Below, piece by piece: positions 62,800 to 64,000 of a stretch of DNA of 64,000 nucleotides. This stretch comes from Pelomyxa schiedti (lineage: Eukaryota; Protista; Evosea): positions 49,168 through 113,167 of the forward strand of contig JAHLWZ010000819.1 of assembly GCA_020536535.1 (NCBI GenBank), read 5' to 3'. Each line of letters begins with the position of its first letter. Position 1 is the stretch's first letter. Both the position numbers and the translations under genes were made by a program. Below the pieces are notes generated by a model that did no database searches, was not told the origin of the DNA, and worked only from the letters and a program-made list of their open reading frames with translations.

Positions 62800-64000
62800 G
62801 AGAGGAAAAGGGAATAGGGTGGCACTCCAATTTAATGTGTCAGTGAGTTGCTGTGCCAAAAATCTTGCCTTGAGCACAGTCCTACCTGACCATGGATCAC
62901 AGAACATCATCACAAGTGCACCCTTCTCTGTCACCCCAACAGTGACAAGGCTGCCCATGCCACTCACCCTTTCAATTGGGAATTCTGGGGTTGCAAGTGA
63001 CACACTCAGAAAGGGCTGTGTTGGTTGGCTGAGCTTGAAGATCAACACCTGTGTATCCTTGGAAGGGGAGTTAACCCCACTGCTGTCTGCAATGCAAGCA
63101 AAGTGAATGTGGTCAAGCAACCAGGGCTTGCTTGGCAATGCGACCACAACATCACCAGATGGTGCAAGAAGCTCGTTCTTGGCAGTGATAAGCAGGCCAC
63201 TCCAAAACACATGTGCCTTCTTCTCCCGGAGTTTGGAAGAGACTTTACAATTCCATTTGACCACCACACTGCTGACCAGCACACCAGTCTCCAGTGACTT
63301 GGCAATATCAACCTGTATCCACATCAAATCACTGTGCTTTGTCATTGTATGCTCCTCACACATTATTGACACCTTGTCAGCCTCACCGAGCTTCACAGAC
63401 CACACAAGCCCACAATGTGTCGGAAATTCTCTGACTGTGAACACCTCTTCAGTGGAACCACTTTGGTGGAGGTTGAATGAAGAAGGAGGCACCTTCCACA
63501 CATGAATTGTGGTCTTACCAACACCTCCCACAATCAAAACCCACTTGCTGTTGCAGTCGTACAGGTGGAAGCCCTTATCCCCAAACCCACAATCCACCTT
63601 CCTCACAAAATCCTCACAATCTCGCAAATCTGGGTCTTGTGTCAACTTGTGGACAACCCGCCTGCGACCAAGTACGTCTCTCACGGCAAACCACCTGTCG
63701 ACGCGGGAGGACCACAGCATCGCCATTCTCGACGTGGGGCTCACCCACTCGCGTTCCGACCAGTAGTCGCTCTGGTACTCGCGGCTGGCGCTCACGACGG
63801 TCACCGAGTGTGCCGAGGGTCGCGGAGACCAACACCGCGAGGTAGCCGCAGCCCCGCCGCTCGTTCGTGCTGGCGTTCGTGGGCACGGGGGTGACGCGGG
63901 CGCAGAGCCACGAGGAGGGGCGCAGGACCCAGGGGAGGCCCAGGGAGTCCCGCAGCAGTGGCCCGCACACCGCCGCGAGCCTCGCTGGGCTCCCCACCCC
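62788..64000 (-). CDS. Intronless hypothetical protein (5' end outside window), beta-rich, unknown family
   Basis: 338-aa ORF 62788-63804 whose frame stays open to the window edge; globular, non-repetitive composition. A possible frame change lies near 63800. Confidence 0.6.
   Translation of the reverse strand, partial: GWGAQRGSRRCAGHCCGTPWASPGSCAPPRGSAPASPPCPRTPARTSGGAAATSRCWSPRPSAHSVTVVSASREYQSDYWSEREWVSPTSRMAMLWSSRVDRWFAVRDVLGRRRVVHKLTQDPDLRDCEDFVRKVDCGFGDKGFHLYDCNSKWVLIVGGVGKTTIHVWKVPPSSFNLHQSGSTEEVFTVREFPTHCGLVWSVKLGEADKVSIMCEEHTMTKHSDLMWIQVDIAKSLETGVLVSSVVVKWNCKVSSKLREKKAHVFWSGLLITAKNELLAPSGDVVVALPSKPWLLDHIHFACIADSSGVNSPSKDTQVLIFKLSQPTQPFLSVSLATPEFPIERVSGMGSLVTVGVTEKGALVMMFCDPWSGRTVLKARFLAQQLTDTLNWSATLFPFPLSSN

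Overview
This is gene-dense eukaryotic (protist) genomic DNA, not prokaryotic. About 25 protein-coding genes are broken by many short (~35-80 nt) GT-AG introns, so the supplied ORF track captures only exon fragments. I spliced the genes by hand; starts and some exon borders are approximate. The gene style and content suggest a free-living amoebozoan, possibly an archamoeba such as Pelomyxa, but that is inference only. Housekeeping genes: UBX protein, SLC35F transporter, BiP, GRAM-VASt lipid transfer protein, C2 protein, FIGNL1, DNAJC7, Spt20, an L7-like protein, an AGC kinase and NXF1/Mex67. Items hidden by introns: (1) a trifunctional Trl1-type 'heal-and-seal' RNA ligase (ligase + P-loop kinase + 2H phosphodiesterase, 22166-26394); (2) a secreted, probably GPI-anchored alginate-lyase/heparinase II/III-type enzyme with a duplicated carbohydrate-binding-like module (53801-59175); (3) a membrane-tethered thermolysin (M4) protease; (4) a chitin synthase with both catalytic motifs split by introns; (5) a protein with two (GSGSRS)n tracts; (6) a frameshifted kinase-like gene. 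CpG-rich gene ends alternate sharply with CpG-poor gene bodies. I found no supportable rRNA, tRNA, CRISPR array or transposase.
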